Assembly: GCA_015064725.1 (NCBI GenBank)
Contig: SVRQ01000010.1
Span: 674 to 64,673 of the forward strand
Direction: 5' to 3'
Length of the DNA: 64,000 nucleotides
Origin: Oscillospiraceae bacterium
GTDB lineage: Bacteria; Bacillota; Clostridia; Oscillospirales; CAG-272
Positions 27,800 to 35,994 of this stretch are shown here, in pieces. A program made the position numbers and the translations under genes. Within the stretch, counting starts at the first letter, position 1; the number at the start of each line of letters is the position of its first letter. The notes below the pieces were generated by a model. It saw only the letters and a program-made list of their open reading frames with translations. It had not been told where the DNA came from and made no database searches.

Positions 27800-27802
27800 G
27801 CT

Positions 27803-28402
27803 ATGGATACTTTCAGAAATTTAATAATCATTCTTATGTCCTCCGTTCTTGTGAACAACTATGTGTTAAGCCGCTTCCTTGGAATTTGCCCGTTCTTGGG
27901 CGTTTCCAAAAAGCTCGATCAAGCTACGGGTATGGGCGTTTCCGTAATCTTCGTAATGCTTGTTGCAACCGCGGCAACGTGGCCCATACAGCACTTTGTC
28001 CTTGATGAGCTTGGTCTTGGCTATATGCAGACCATCGTGTTCATTCTCGTTATTGCCGCGCTGGTGCAGTTTATAGAGATCGTGCTGAAGAAATATATTT
28101 CCTCGCTCCACGCGAGCCTTGGCGTATATCTGCCCCTTATCACAACGAACTGTGCAGTTCTCGGCGTTACGATCAACAATATCACGGACGGCTATAATTT
28201 TATCGAATCCCTTGTCAGCTCGCTCGGTGCGGGTCTTGGCTTTTTGCTCGCTATGGTGCTTTTCTCGGGCGTGCGCTCAAGAATTGAAAACTGCGATGCG
28301 CCCGAATGCTTCAAGGGCTTGCCCGTAACGCTTATAGCCGCTTCCATCGTTTCGCTTGCATTCTTCGGCTTTGCGGGCGTTGTGGACGGGCTTTTCGCGT
28401 AA
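27803..28402 (+). CDS. rnfA: Rnf complex subunit A
   Basis: 199 aa. NNYVLSRFLGICPFLGVSKK is typical of RnfA/NqrE. Confidence 0.9.
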   Translation: MDTFRNLIIILMSSVLVNNYVLSRFLGICPFLGVSKKLDQATGMGVSVIFVMLVATAATWPIQHFVLDELGLGYMQTIVFILVIAALVQFIEIVLKKYISSLHASLGVYLPLITTNCAVLGVTINNITDGYNFIESLVSSLGAGLGFLLAMVLFSGVRSRIENCDAPECFKGLPVTLIAASIVSLAFFGFAGVVDGLFA

Positions 28403-28414
28403 GGAGGTGCCGAT

Positions 28415-29215
28415 ATGATAACAGATATTCTTACAGCCGTGGCGGTCGTTGCCGCTGTCGGCATTATATGCGCGGTGCTTCTCGCTCTTGCCTCCCACTT
28501 TATGAGCGTTAAAAGCGACGAGCGAGTTGGCAGCATACGCGAATGTCTTCCCGGTGCAAACTGCGGCGCATGCGGCTACACAGGCTGCGACAGCTATGCA
28601 AAAGCTATCGTAGAGGAGGGCGCGAAAACCAACCTCTGCGTTCCCGGTGCCACAGCCGTGGCAGAGAAAGTTGCCGCCATCCTCGGTGTCGAGGCAGATG
28701 CCGTTGAAAGCCGCACGGCTTTCGTTCACTGCAACGGACACAACGGAGCCGCGGAAGAAAAAGCCATCTACGAAGGCATTAAAAGCTGCAAGTCCGAATG
28801 TCTTATATACGGCGGATCTAAAGCCTGCACCTATGCTTGTGTAGGTTGCGGAGATTGCGCCTCTGTTTGTCCCAAGAACGCCATCTGCGTTGAGGACGGC
28901 GTTGCAAGGATAAACAAAAAGCTTTGCATCGGTTGCGGTCTTTGCGTAAAGACCTGCCCCAAGGGGATCATCTCCCTTATTCCCACGGACGCAAAAGCAA
29001 TAGTTATTTGCAGTAATAAAGAAAAAGGCGCGGTCGTTCGCAAGGAATGCACAAACGGCTGTATCGCCTGCAAAAAATGCGAAAAGACCTGCCCTTCGGA
29101 TGCGATCCACGTGGAAAACGACCTTGCCGTTATCGATTACGGCAAGTGCATCTCCTGCGGCAAATGTGCCGAGGTCTGCCCTGTGGGGTGTATAATCTTC
29201 TCAAAAGAAAAATAG
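28415..29215 (+). CDS. rnfB: Rnf complex subunit B (polyferredoxin type)
   Basis: 266 aa. N-terminal TM, CGACGYTGC motif, then several CxxCxxCxxxCP 4Fe-4S motifs. Confidence 0.9.
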   Translation: MITDILTAVAVVAAVGIICAVLLALASHFMSVKSDERVGSIRECLPGANCGACGYTGCDSYAKAIVEEGAKTNLCVPGATAVAEKVAAILGVEADAVESRTAFVHCNGHNGAAEEKAIYEGIKSCKSECLIYGGSKACTYACVGCGDCASVCPKNAICVEDGVARINKKLCIGCGLCVKTCPKGIISLIPTDAKAIVICSNKEKGAVVRKECTNGCIACKKCEKTCPSDAIHVENDLAVIDYGKCISCGKCAEVCPVGCIIFSKEK

Positions 29216-29234
29216 GATGACCAATATTACAAAA

Positions 29235-29263
29235 ACAAGGCGGCTTTTGCCGCCTTGTTACTT
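29235..29263 (+). terminator. hairpin after rnfB (weak terminator or attenuator)
   Basis: Stem acaaggcggc / gccgccttgt with loop tttt, followed only by TTACTT (a poor U-tract). Confidence 0.4.
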
Positions 29264-29275
29264 AAAGGAGTGTTT

Positions 29276-29647
29276 ATGGAAAGGAAAAAGATACGAAACG
29301 ATATTATCCTTGCCGTTTGCGTGCTTGCGGCATCGCTCATTGCGCTCGCCGTATTCCTTTGTGTGCGCGCACGCGGCTCTTACGCCGTTGTTCTTATCGA
29401 CGGCAAGGAAACGGCACGCTATTCCCTTTCCGAAAATGCGGAAATAGAAATAAAAAGCGAAAACGGCGTAAATACTCTGAAAATAGAAAACGGCAAGGCG
29501 AGCGTCATCTCTGCCTCCTGCCCCGACGGCATATGCACCGCGCACCGCGCAGTGCGCTACGGCGGCGAGGTCATCGTTTGCCTGCCGAACAAGCTTGTAA
29601 TAAGGATCGATTCCGCAAGTAACGGCGGAGTTGACGCGGTATCGTGA
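29276..29647 (+). CDS. NusG domain II-containing (DUF1312) membrane-anchored protein
   Basis: ORF 29255..29647. ATG 29276 is preferred (AAAGGAG RBS). N-terminal TM. The C-terminal ASCPDGICTAHRAVRYGGEVIVCLPNKLVIRI matches the NusG_II pattern CPDxxC...ivClPnklvi. Confidence 0.75.
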   Translation: MERKKIRNDIILAVCVLAASLIALAVFLCVRARGSYAVVLIDGKETARYSLSENAEIEIKSENGVNTLKIENGKASVISASCPDGICTAHRAVRYGGEVIVCLPNKLVIRIDSASNGGVDAVS

Positions 29648-29648
29648 T

Positions 29649-30140
29649 ATGAAAACAAAAAAGATTGCTTTTATCGGGCTTTTTGCTTCCGTTTCGCTTA
29701 TGCTTGCATATATCGAGGCGCTTTTGCCGCCGATATATGCCGCCGCCCCGGGGATAAAATTGGGGCTTGCAAACATTATCTCGGTTTTTGCGCTATACAA
29801 ATACGGCGCAAAAGAAGCTGTGACGGTATGTCTTGTCAGAATATCGCTTTCCGCACTTCTCTTCGGAAATCCCTGGTCGCTTGCATACAGTGCCGCCGGC
29901 GCGGTATTAAGCCTTACCGTTATGATACTTTTAAAGCTTTCGGGAAAATTTTCCCCCGTCGGCGTAAGCATTTCAGGCGGTGTTTGCCATAACTTAGGTC
30001 AGATACTCCTTGCAATGCTGGTGCTCAAAACAAGCGGACTTTTATTGTATATGGCTGTGCTCGCCGTAACGGGAACGCTTGCGGGCGTATTTATCGGACT
30101 TTGCGCTTCGTTTATGCTTAAATATTTAAAAAAAGTTTAA
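29649..30140 (+). CDS. Gx transporter family protein (Hpre_diP_synt_I / ECF-S-like)
   Basis: ORF 29631..30140. ATG 29649 lies 2 nt after the upstream stop. About 5 TM helices. PGIKLGLANIISVF and the overall pattern are typical of this family. Confidence 0.7.
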   Translation: MKTKKIAFIGLFASVSLMLAYIEALLPPIYAAAPGIKLGLANIISVFALYKYGAKEAVTVCLVRISLSALLFGNPWSLAYSAAGAVLSLTVMILLKLSGKFSPVGVSISGGVCHNLGQILLAMLVLKTSGLLLYMAVLAVTGTLAGVFIGLCASFMLKYLKKV

Positions 30141-30169
30141 AAAAGGCAGGTTAAAACCTGCCTTTTTGT
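30141..30169. terminator. bidirectional intrinsic terminator
   Basis: aaaaggcaggtt / aacctgccttttt hairpin between stop 30140 (+) and stop 30187 (-). Confidence 0.7.
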
Positions 30170-30186
30170 TTACCTATTCGGTTTTA

Positions 30187-32373
30187 TCAGTTGAAGAGAG
30201 CGCACGCATTGTCGTAAGCTGTCTTAACCTGGTTTGCGTTAAGAGCTACGTCGTAAACCTTCATATCAACTGCTGTGAAGTTGGACATATCGAAACGAGC
30301 CACGCCGCTATCGCTGCCGAGAGTGAGCGTGTTAGCGTAAGGATAATATCTCTGGTCTGTTACAGGGAGGTAAACCTCGCCATCGAAAGAGTTGCTTGCA
30401 GCAAGCTCGCCGTTTACGTAGAGAGCTGTGTAAAGCTTACCTTCGTAAGCAACCGCTGTTGCAACAACGTGTGTAAGGTCTGTTGCGGAAGCAGCAGCCG
30501 CGGGATTCGTGTACTTATAGCTCTTTGTAGATGTGATATAAGTGCAAAGACCGGGTTTGCCGCCGCCTGTTGTAGCAAGGCCGAGACCGCCGTATTCAGT
30601 TGCGCAGAGGATACCCTGTGTACCTGCCTGAGCTCTGTTAACGTAGAATGCTTCAAAGGAGAAGCCTGTTGCGCTGTTGTAGAACTTGCCGATATCTTCG
30701 GGAGCATAGTCATTGAACGTTGCTGTTGCAAACTGACCTGTAGCAGTTACGTTGAATGCATCGAGCGTAGCTGTCTTGCCGGCGAAAGTAACGGATGTGG
30801 GAGCGATGCTTGCGCCTGTGTTAGCAACGGAGAATTTGCCCTTAACGTCTTTAACTTCGCCGTTTACGAAATCAAAGTCGCCGTATGCATCGGGAAGAAC
30901 GGATGTGAGGTCTGCAGTAACAGAAGCTGTTGCTGTAGCAGCTGCGCTCTTAGCGCCCCAAGAGTCAACCGCAACAACTTCAACCTTATATTCCGCACCT
31001 GCGGGAAGCGCGCCGAGAGAGATGGAATATGTCTTGGGCATTGTTTCCTTGGGGTTGGAGTGGAGGTAGAAGTTTGTAAGGTAAGAGATCTGGTTTACAA
31101 GCGCGCCTGTGGAAGCGTTTGTAACCTTAATTTCATAGTGGTGAACGAAATCATCGTCTGTGCCTGCGTCAAATACAACAGCACCTACTGTGTTGCCGCC
31201 GACAACTGTTGTGGAAACCTTAACCTCGCCCTTCATTTCGGGAGCTTTATTAGAGTTTGCACGGTCTTTTGTATATTTTGTAAGGTGAGAACCGTCTGCC
31301 TGAGGAGCAGAGATCTCCCAAGCATCCTTGAATGTTGTGCCGTCTGCAAAGTTCATTCTTGTGATTCTGATGTTACCGTTCTTGTCAACCTCAAGAAGAA
31401 GACCTGCGGAGGACTGGGAAGCATCACCGGGAACTGTGCCGCTTACGTTGGAGTAACCGTTTTCAATAGCAAGGTACGTTACGGAGCCGCAACCGAGAGA
31501 TGTGAACTTTGTCTGCATAATTGTGCGTTCATCATTGATCGGGAAGTGTGTATGTCCGCCGAACGTAACTACCTGAGGATATTTTTCAACAATGGACGTA
31601 AGATCCTTTGTGTACCAACGGTGGTTGCCTGTGAGAAGTGTGCTGCCGTACGTTGTATCGTAGAGCATAGGATGTGTGTTAAGGAAAACGTACTGACCGG
31701 GGTTTTCTGCCGTGATCTTAGCAAGAGTTGTATCGAGCCAATTCTTTGCTTCTGCGGAGTAGAGAACGCCGCCTGCATCCGTGCCGATATACTCTTTATC
31801 GATGGGGTTGATGCAGAGGAAGTGGTAGCCGTTTACGATAGTGTGTGTGCAACCGATGGAAAGATTGCTTGTTTCTTCTTCATAGGAGCGATAAGCGTCG
31901 CCGAAGATATTATAGAAGCTTTCCATTGTGAGCTTCTCGTATGTGTATCCTGCTTCGCAGTCAACGTCGTGGTTACCGAGAGAGAAGATAAGCGGAACCG
32001 CAGAGGGGCTGATAATGGATTCATACGTTGCTTTGAATTCTTCAACCTGTGTTGTCTGAGCGTTCTGAACGAGGTCGCCTACGAAAAGGATCGCATCAAG
32101 ACCGTCGCCTTCTTCCATAGCAGCAGCATCAAGCTGTGCAAGAGCTGCAGCAAATTTGGAGAGTGTATCGATACCGGAGTACTTATGCTGTGTATCGGAG
32201 ATAGCAGCGAAAGAAAGCACGATATTTTCGGCATCAAAGGGAGTTGCTGCGGGTGTTACGTTGCCGCCTGTTGTTACATTGTCGGCTGTCGTAGTTGTGT
32301 TTGCATCATCGCCGCAAGCAACAAGAGCAAAAAGCATCATTACAGCGAGGATAAGGGCGAGAATTTTTTTCAT
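30187..32373 (-). CDS. secreted lipoprotein: calcineurin-like metallophosphoesterase + Ig/FN3-like + LamG-like C-terminal domain
   Basis: 728 aa. Lipobox LFALVAC. Metallophosphatase motifs (FAAISDTQH, VGDLVQN, LGNHD, GHTH). The beta-rich C-terminal half resembles a concanavalin/LamG domain; that domain call is tentative. Confidence 0.6.
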   Translation of the reverse strand: MKKILALILAVMMLFALVACGDDANTTTTADNVTTGGNVTPAATPFDAENIVLSFAAISDTQHKYSGIDTLSKFAAALAQLDAAAMEEGDGLDAILFVGDLVQNAQTTQVEEFKATYESIISPSAVPLIFSLGNHDVDCEAGYTYEKLTMESFYNIFGDAYRSYEEETSNLSIGCTHTIVNGYHFLCINPIDKEYIGTDAGGVLYSAEAKNWLDTTLAKITAENPGQYVFLNTHPMLYDTTYGSTLLTGNHRWYTKDLTSIVEKYPQVVTFGGHTHFPINDERTIMQTKFTSLGCGSVTYLAIENGYSNVSGTVPGDASQSSAGLLLEVDKNGNIRITRMNFADGTTFKDAWEISAPQADGSHLTKYTKDRANSNKAPEMKGEVKVSTTVVGGNTVGAVVFDAGTDDDFVHHYEIKVTNASTGALVNQISYLTNFYLHSNPKETMPKTYSISLGALPAGAEYKVEVVAVDSWGAKSAAATATASVTADLTSVLPDAYGDFDFVNGEVKDVKGKFSVANTGASIAPTSVTFAGKTATLDAFNVTATGQFATATFNDYAPEDIGKFYNSATGFSFEAFYVNRAQAGTQGILCATEYGGLGLATTGGGKPGLCTYITSTKSYKYTNPAAAASATDLTHVVATAVAYEGKLYTALYVNGELAASNSFDGEVYLPVTDQRYYPYANTLTLGSDSGVARFDMSNFTAVDMKVYDVALNANQVKTAYDNACALFN

Positions 32374-32502
32374 ATGAAAAACTCCTTGTCAAAATTTAAC
32401 CGTAAAAGTTATGTTTATAATATATCACAAACTTTTAAAGCTGTCAACATTGACTTAATTCTATTTATGGAAAATAAATATTTTTATGCAACAATTATAT
32501 AT

Positions 32503-33663
32503 TTAAGCAACAATTATATTAAAAATGCTCTGTAAAAAAAGCAAGCCGAAAAGGAAGATGAAATTGAATATGGAAAATTTCATAAGATAGCGCAGGGTGT
32601 TTTGGGGATAGAGTGAAGTATATTCGCGGAACGTGATGAGCGAAGCGAGAGAGGAGATGAGCGTACCGACGCCGCCGATATTTACACCGAGCAAAAGATG
32701 GGCGTAATTATCCGTAAAATTGGAAAGAAGTATAGCGGAGGGCACGTTGCTTATAAATTGGCAGGAAAACGCAGAGAATATGAGCGTGTTCTTTGAAAGC
32801 AGAAAAGAAAGCACGTCGTTTACTATTTGTATGCGCGACATATTTCCCGCAAACACGAAGAAAGCGCAGAATGTGAAAAGCAAGCCGTAATCCACCTTTG
32901 CAAGCGCCTTATGATCCACGATGATAAGAGAGACGATTATTATCCACATAACGATAAAATAAGGAACTATATTGAACACGGCAAGTATGGAAAGCACGAA
33001 AAGCACGGCATAGAACACGGCTTTTTTCACGTTGAGCTTTTCCACCTTGGGAATGATCATAAGCGGCTCTTTTTTTACGAAAACTATGCAGAAGACCGTT
33101 ATCATCGCCACGGAAACGACAAACGGGAAAAGCATAATAAGCGTAAATTCTCCCGTAGGTATGCCGAATTTGCTGTAAAGATAAAGGTTTTGCGGGTTGC
33201 CGAACGGCGTTATCATACCGCCGAGGTTTGCGGAAATATTCTGCATTACAAATGTAAAAGGAAGATATTTCTGCTTGCCCGTGCTGTCAAGCGCGAAAAA
33301 TCCGAGTGGCAAAAACGTGATAAGTGCCATATCGTTCGCAATGAGCATAGAGCCGAGAAAGGTTATATAGATAAGCGTAAGCACACAAAGACGCGCGTTT
33401 TTGCAAAGACGCACTATCTTTCTTGCGAGGATGGTAAAAAACCTTATATTTCTCAGCGCACACACAACGGCAAGCACGGAGAAAAGGCAGGAAAGCGTTT
33501 TAAAATCAAAATATCCCAAATACTCTTTGTCCGGCGGCACGATAAAAGAGGTTATCATAGCCGCCAAGACAGCTATAATAAGCACCGCGTTCTTTTTTGC
33601 AAAAGATATCAGCCCTTTTTTGATATTATGATGTTTGTGTTCGATATACTTTGAAGTTTCCAT
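32503..33663 (-). CDS. ArsB/NhaD-superfamily (YbiR-like) anion permease
   Basis: 386 aa polytopic protein. GGMITPFGNPQNLYLY motif characteristic of this superfamily. Confidence 0.6.
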   Translation of the reverse strand: METSKYIEHKHHNIKKGLISFAKKNAVLIIAVLAAMITSFIVPPDKEYLGYFDFKTLSCLFSVLAVVCALRNIRFFTILARKIVRLCKNARLCVLTLIYITFLGSMLIANDMALITFLPLGFFALDSTGKQKYLPFTFVMQNISANLGGMITPFGNPQNLYLYSKFGIPTGEFTLIMLFPFVVSVAMITVFCIVFVKKEPLMIIPKVEKLNVKKAVFYAVLFVLSILAVFNIVPYFIVMWIIIVSLIIVDHKALAKVDYGLLFTFCAFFVFAGNMSRIQIVNDVLSFLLSKNTLIFSAFSCQFISNVPSAILLSNFTDNYAHLLLGVNIGGVGTLISSLASLITFREYTSLYPQNTLRYLMKFSIFNFIFLFGLLFLQSIFNIIVA

Positions 33664-33869
33664 AATAATGCTCTCTTATTCATTTAAAATTTGCCGTTTT
33701 TTTACCACGGTATTATTTTATTTTACTACAAACCAAGACAAATGTCATCAAATAACGCAAATTTTTTTTAAAACGTAATAAAAATCCTCAGACGCGGAAG
33801 AATAATTACGCACATCTTTTTATTCATTGACATATTCGTTCAAATAATATATTATTTAAGGAGAAGATT

Positions 33870-34886
33870 ATGAAAAAAATCGCAGCAACACTTCTTTGTC
33901 TTACGCTTCTTCCCTGCACTTTTCTTGCCGCCTGCGGCAAAAAAAGCGAAGAAGGGGCCTTCGGTATGGGAGTTTACTCCTACTATTCCTCCTCTGAAGA
34001 TGCAACCGAAGAAAAGGACGGCAGTGCCACAGTGCTTCACACAGCCGCCGCGGTGCTTATCGATAAAAACGGAAAAATACTTGATATAGACCTTGATGCC
34101 GCAGAATGTATCGGAGAATACAGTGTACACGGAAGCTTTATCGAAAAAGAAAAGTTTTCCACCAAGAAAGAGCTTGGCGACTCCTACGGTATGGCGAAAT
34201 ACGGCACGGACAGGGACGATAACGGCAAGGTCCTTGAATGGGACGAGCAAGCAGAAGCTTTTGAAAATATCGCCAAGGGAAAAACGCTTGACGAAATAAA
34301 AGCGCTTGTTTCCGGCTCTTACGGCACGGAAGACGTCATCAAAGCGGGATGCACCATCGCTGTTTCCGATTTTGTAAAAGCCATAGAAAAAGCATTCGCA
34401 AACGCACAAGCTTATGCGGAACACGCAGACGAAGCAGAGCTTGGCATCGTTTCCGTGCAAAGCGACTGCAAAAACGCAAGTGAGGAAGCGGACGGAGTGA
34501 ACAACATCGAAACGTATTTCGCCGCCGCGCTCAAGGATCACGACGGTAAAGTCGTTACAATGATGCTTGACAGCGCAGAGGCAGAGATAAAATTCGATAT
34601 GCGCGGCAAAGCACTTACGGATACCTCTGCCGCGATCCCGACAAAAAACGAGCTTGGAACAGATTACGGTATGGCAAAATACGGCACGGATACAAACGGT
34701 GACGGCAAGATCCTGGAATGGTTCGAGCAAGCGGACGTTTTCAAAAGCTTTTGCAAGGGCAAGACAGCCGCGCAGATAGCGGGACTTATCTATACGGACG
34801 GTTATGCTCTTCCCGATATACAGGCAGCGGGCTGTACCATATATATATCAGATATGGCAAAAGCCGCGGTAAAAGCCGCAGAATAA
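33870..34886 (+). CDS. lipoprotein made of two tandem copies of an FMN_bind-like domain (tentative)
   Basis: 338 aa. Lipobox FLAAC. Internal duplication with a 480-nt period (tacggtatggcgaaatacggcacgga at 34185 versus tacggtatggcaaaatacggcacgga at 34665). Each copy ends D(V/I)x(K/A)AGCTI..SD..KA, similar to the flavinylation motif DxxSGATxTS. AAGGAG RBS. Confidence 0.6.
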   Translation: MKKIAATLLCLTLLPCTFLAACGKKSEEGAFGMGVYSYYSSSEDATEEKDGSATVLHTAAAVLIDKNGKILDIDLDAAECIGEYSVHGSFIEKEKFSTKKELGDSYGMAKYGTDRDDNGKVLEWDEQAEAFENIAKGKTLDEIKALVSGSYGTEDVIKAGCTIAVSDFVKAIEKAFANAQAYAEHADEAELGIVSVQSDCKNASEEADGVNNIETYFAAALKDHDGKVVTMMLDSAEAEIKFDMRGKALTDTSAAIPTKNELGTDYGMAKYGTDTNGDGKILEWFEQADVFKSFCKGKTAAQIAGLIYTDGYALPDIQAAGCTIYISDMAKAAVKAAE

Positions 34887-34911
34887 ATTCATCCAAACAA
34901 AAGGTGGCAAA

Positions 34912-35943
34912 ATGAGTATCTCAAAAAAGATAATATCCCTGTTTCTCCTCTCTCTTATCGCGCTTTCTTTTTGTTCCTGCGAGGGACGGAAGAATAAATA
35001 TACCTCAAGCAGTTTTGAATATTTCGATACCGTAACAACAATTACGGGCTACGCCCAAACGCAAGCCGAGTTTAACTCGGTTTGCCAAAGGGTCTATTCT
35101 CTGCTTGAAGAATACCATAAGCTCTACAATATATATTATACTTATGACGGTCTTAACAACCTCAAGACCGTAAACCAAACAGAGGGACCCGTAACAGTGG
35201 ACCCAAAAATACTCGACCTTATGGAATTTTGCAAGCAAATGCACACGCTCACATACGGATATACAAACGCGGCTATGGGAAGCGTGCTTTCCATATGGCA
35301 TAAATACCGCGAGGAAGGCTCCCTCCATCCCGAAAAAGCTTCTCTTCCCGCAATGTCGGAGCTTGAAAGCGCCGCAAAGCATATGGATATAGAAAATATC
35401 GCCATAGACCGAGAAAACGGAACGGTAACGCGCCTTGACCCCGAGATACTCATCGACGTAGGTGCAATAGCGAAAGGCTATGCCGCCCAAAAAGCCGCAG
35501 AATATCTTCGCAAAAGCGGAATCACGGGATATCTACTCAACGTGGGCGGCAACGTCTGCGTTGTCGGCGCAAAAGCAGACGGCTCCCCCTGGAAGATCGG
35601 TATAGAAAACCCCTTAGGGGATGAAGCGGAGCCGTACATCGAATATCTGTACCTTACGGACGGCTCACTTGTAACAAGCGGCTCCTACCAACGCTTTTAT
35701 TATGCAAACGGCGTGCGCTATCACCATATAATAGACAAGGATACGCTTATGCCCGAAAATGAATTTTTAAGCGTTTCCGTTCTCTGCCCCTCCTCTGCCA
35801 TCGGCGATGCCCTTTCCACAGCACTTTTCTGTATGAGCCTTGAAGAAGGAAAAGAGCTTGTAAGCACTATTGAAAACGTAAGCGTTATGTGGGTAACGCA
35901 GGATGGAGAAAAGATATATTCGGACGGATGGAAAAGCGAATAA
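34912..35943 (+). CDS. apbE: FAD:protein FMN transferase (ApbE/Ftp family), lipoprotein
   Basis: 343 aa. Signal/lipobox (LSFCSC). ApbE-type motifs: IDVGAIAKGYA, LNVGGNV, TSGSYQRF, YHHIIDKDT, SAIGDALSTALF. Confidence 0.85.
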   Translation: MSISKKIISLFLLSLIALSFCSCEGRKNKYTSSSFEYFDTVTTITGYAQTQAEFNSVCQRVYSLLEEYHKLYNIYYTYDGLNNLKTVNQTEGPVTVDPKILDLMEFCKQMHTLTYGYTNAAMGSVLSIWHKYREEGSLHPEKASLPAMSELESAAKHMDIENIAIDRENGTVTRLDPEILIDVGAIAKGYAAQKAAEYLRKSGITGYLLNVGGNVCVVGAKADGSPWKIGIENPLGDEAEPYIEYLYLTDGSLVTSGSYQRFYYANGVRYHHIIDKDTLMPENEFLSVSVLCPSSAIGDALSTALFCMSLEEGKELVSTIENVSVMWVTQDGEKIYSDGWKSE

Positions 35944-35994
35944 AAAATCCATAACGATCATAAAATCGTTATGGATTTTTTTGCAAGCTTTAAA

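Noticed and set aside
33827-33855. TTGACA-17-TATTAT promoter-like match upstream of the duplicated lipoprotein gene.
   Set aside because: The predicted start site would fall inside the AAGGAG RBS (33858-33863), 8 nt before the ATG. It is therefore unlikely to be the functional promoter as spaced, and is not reported as a feature.
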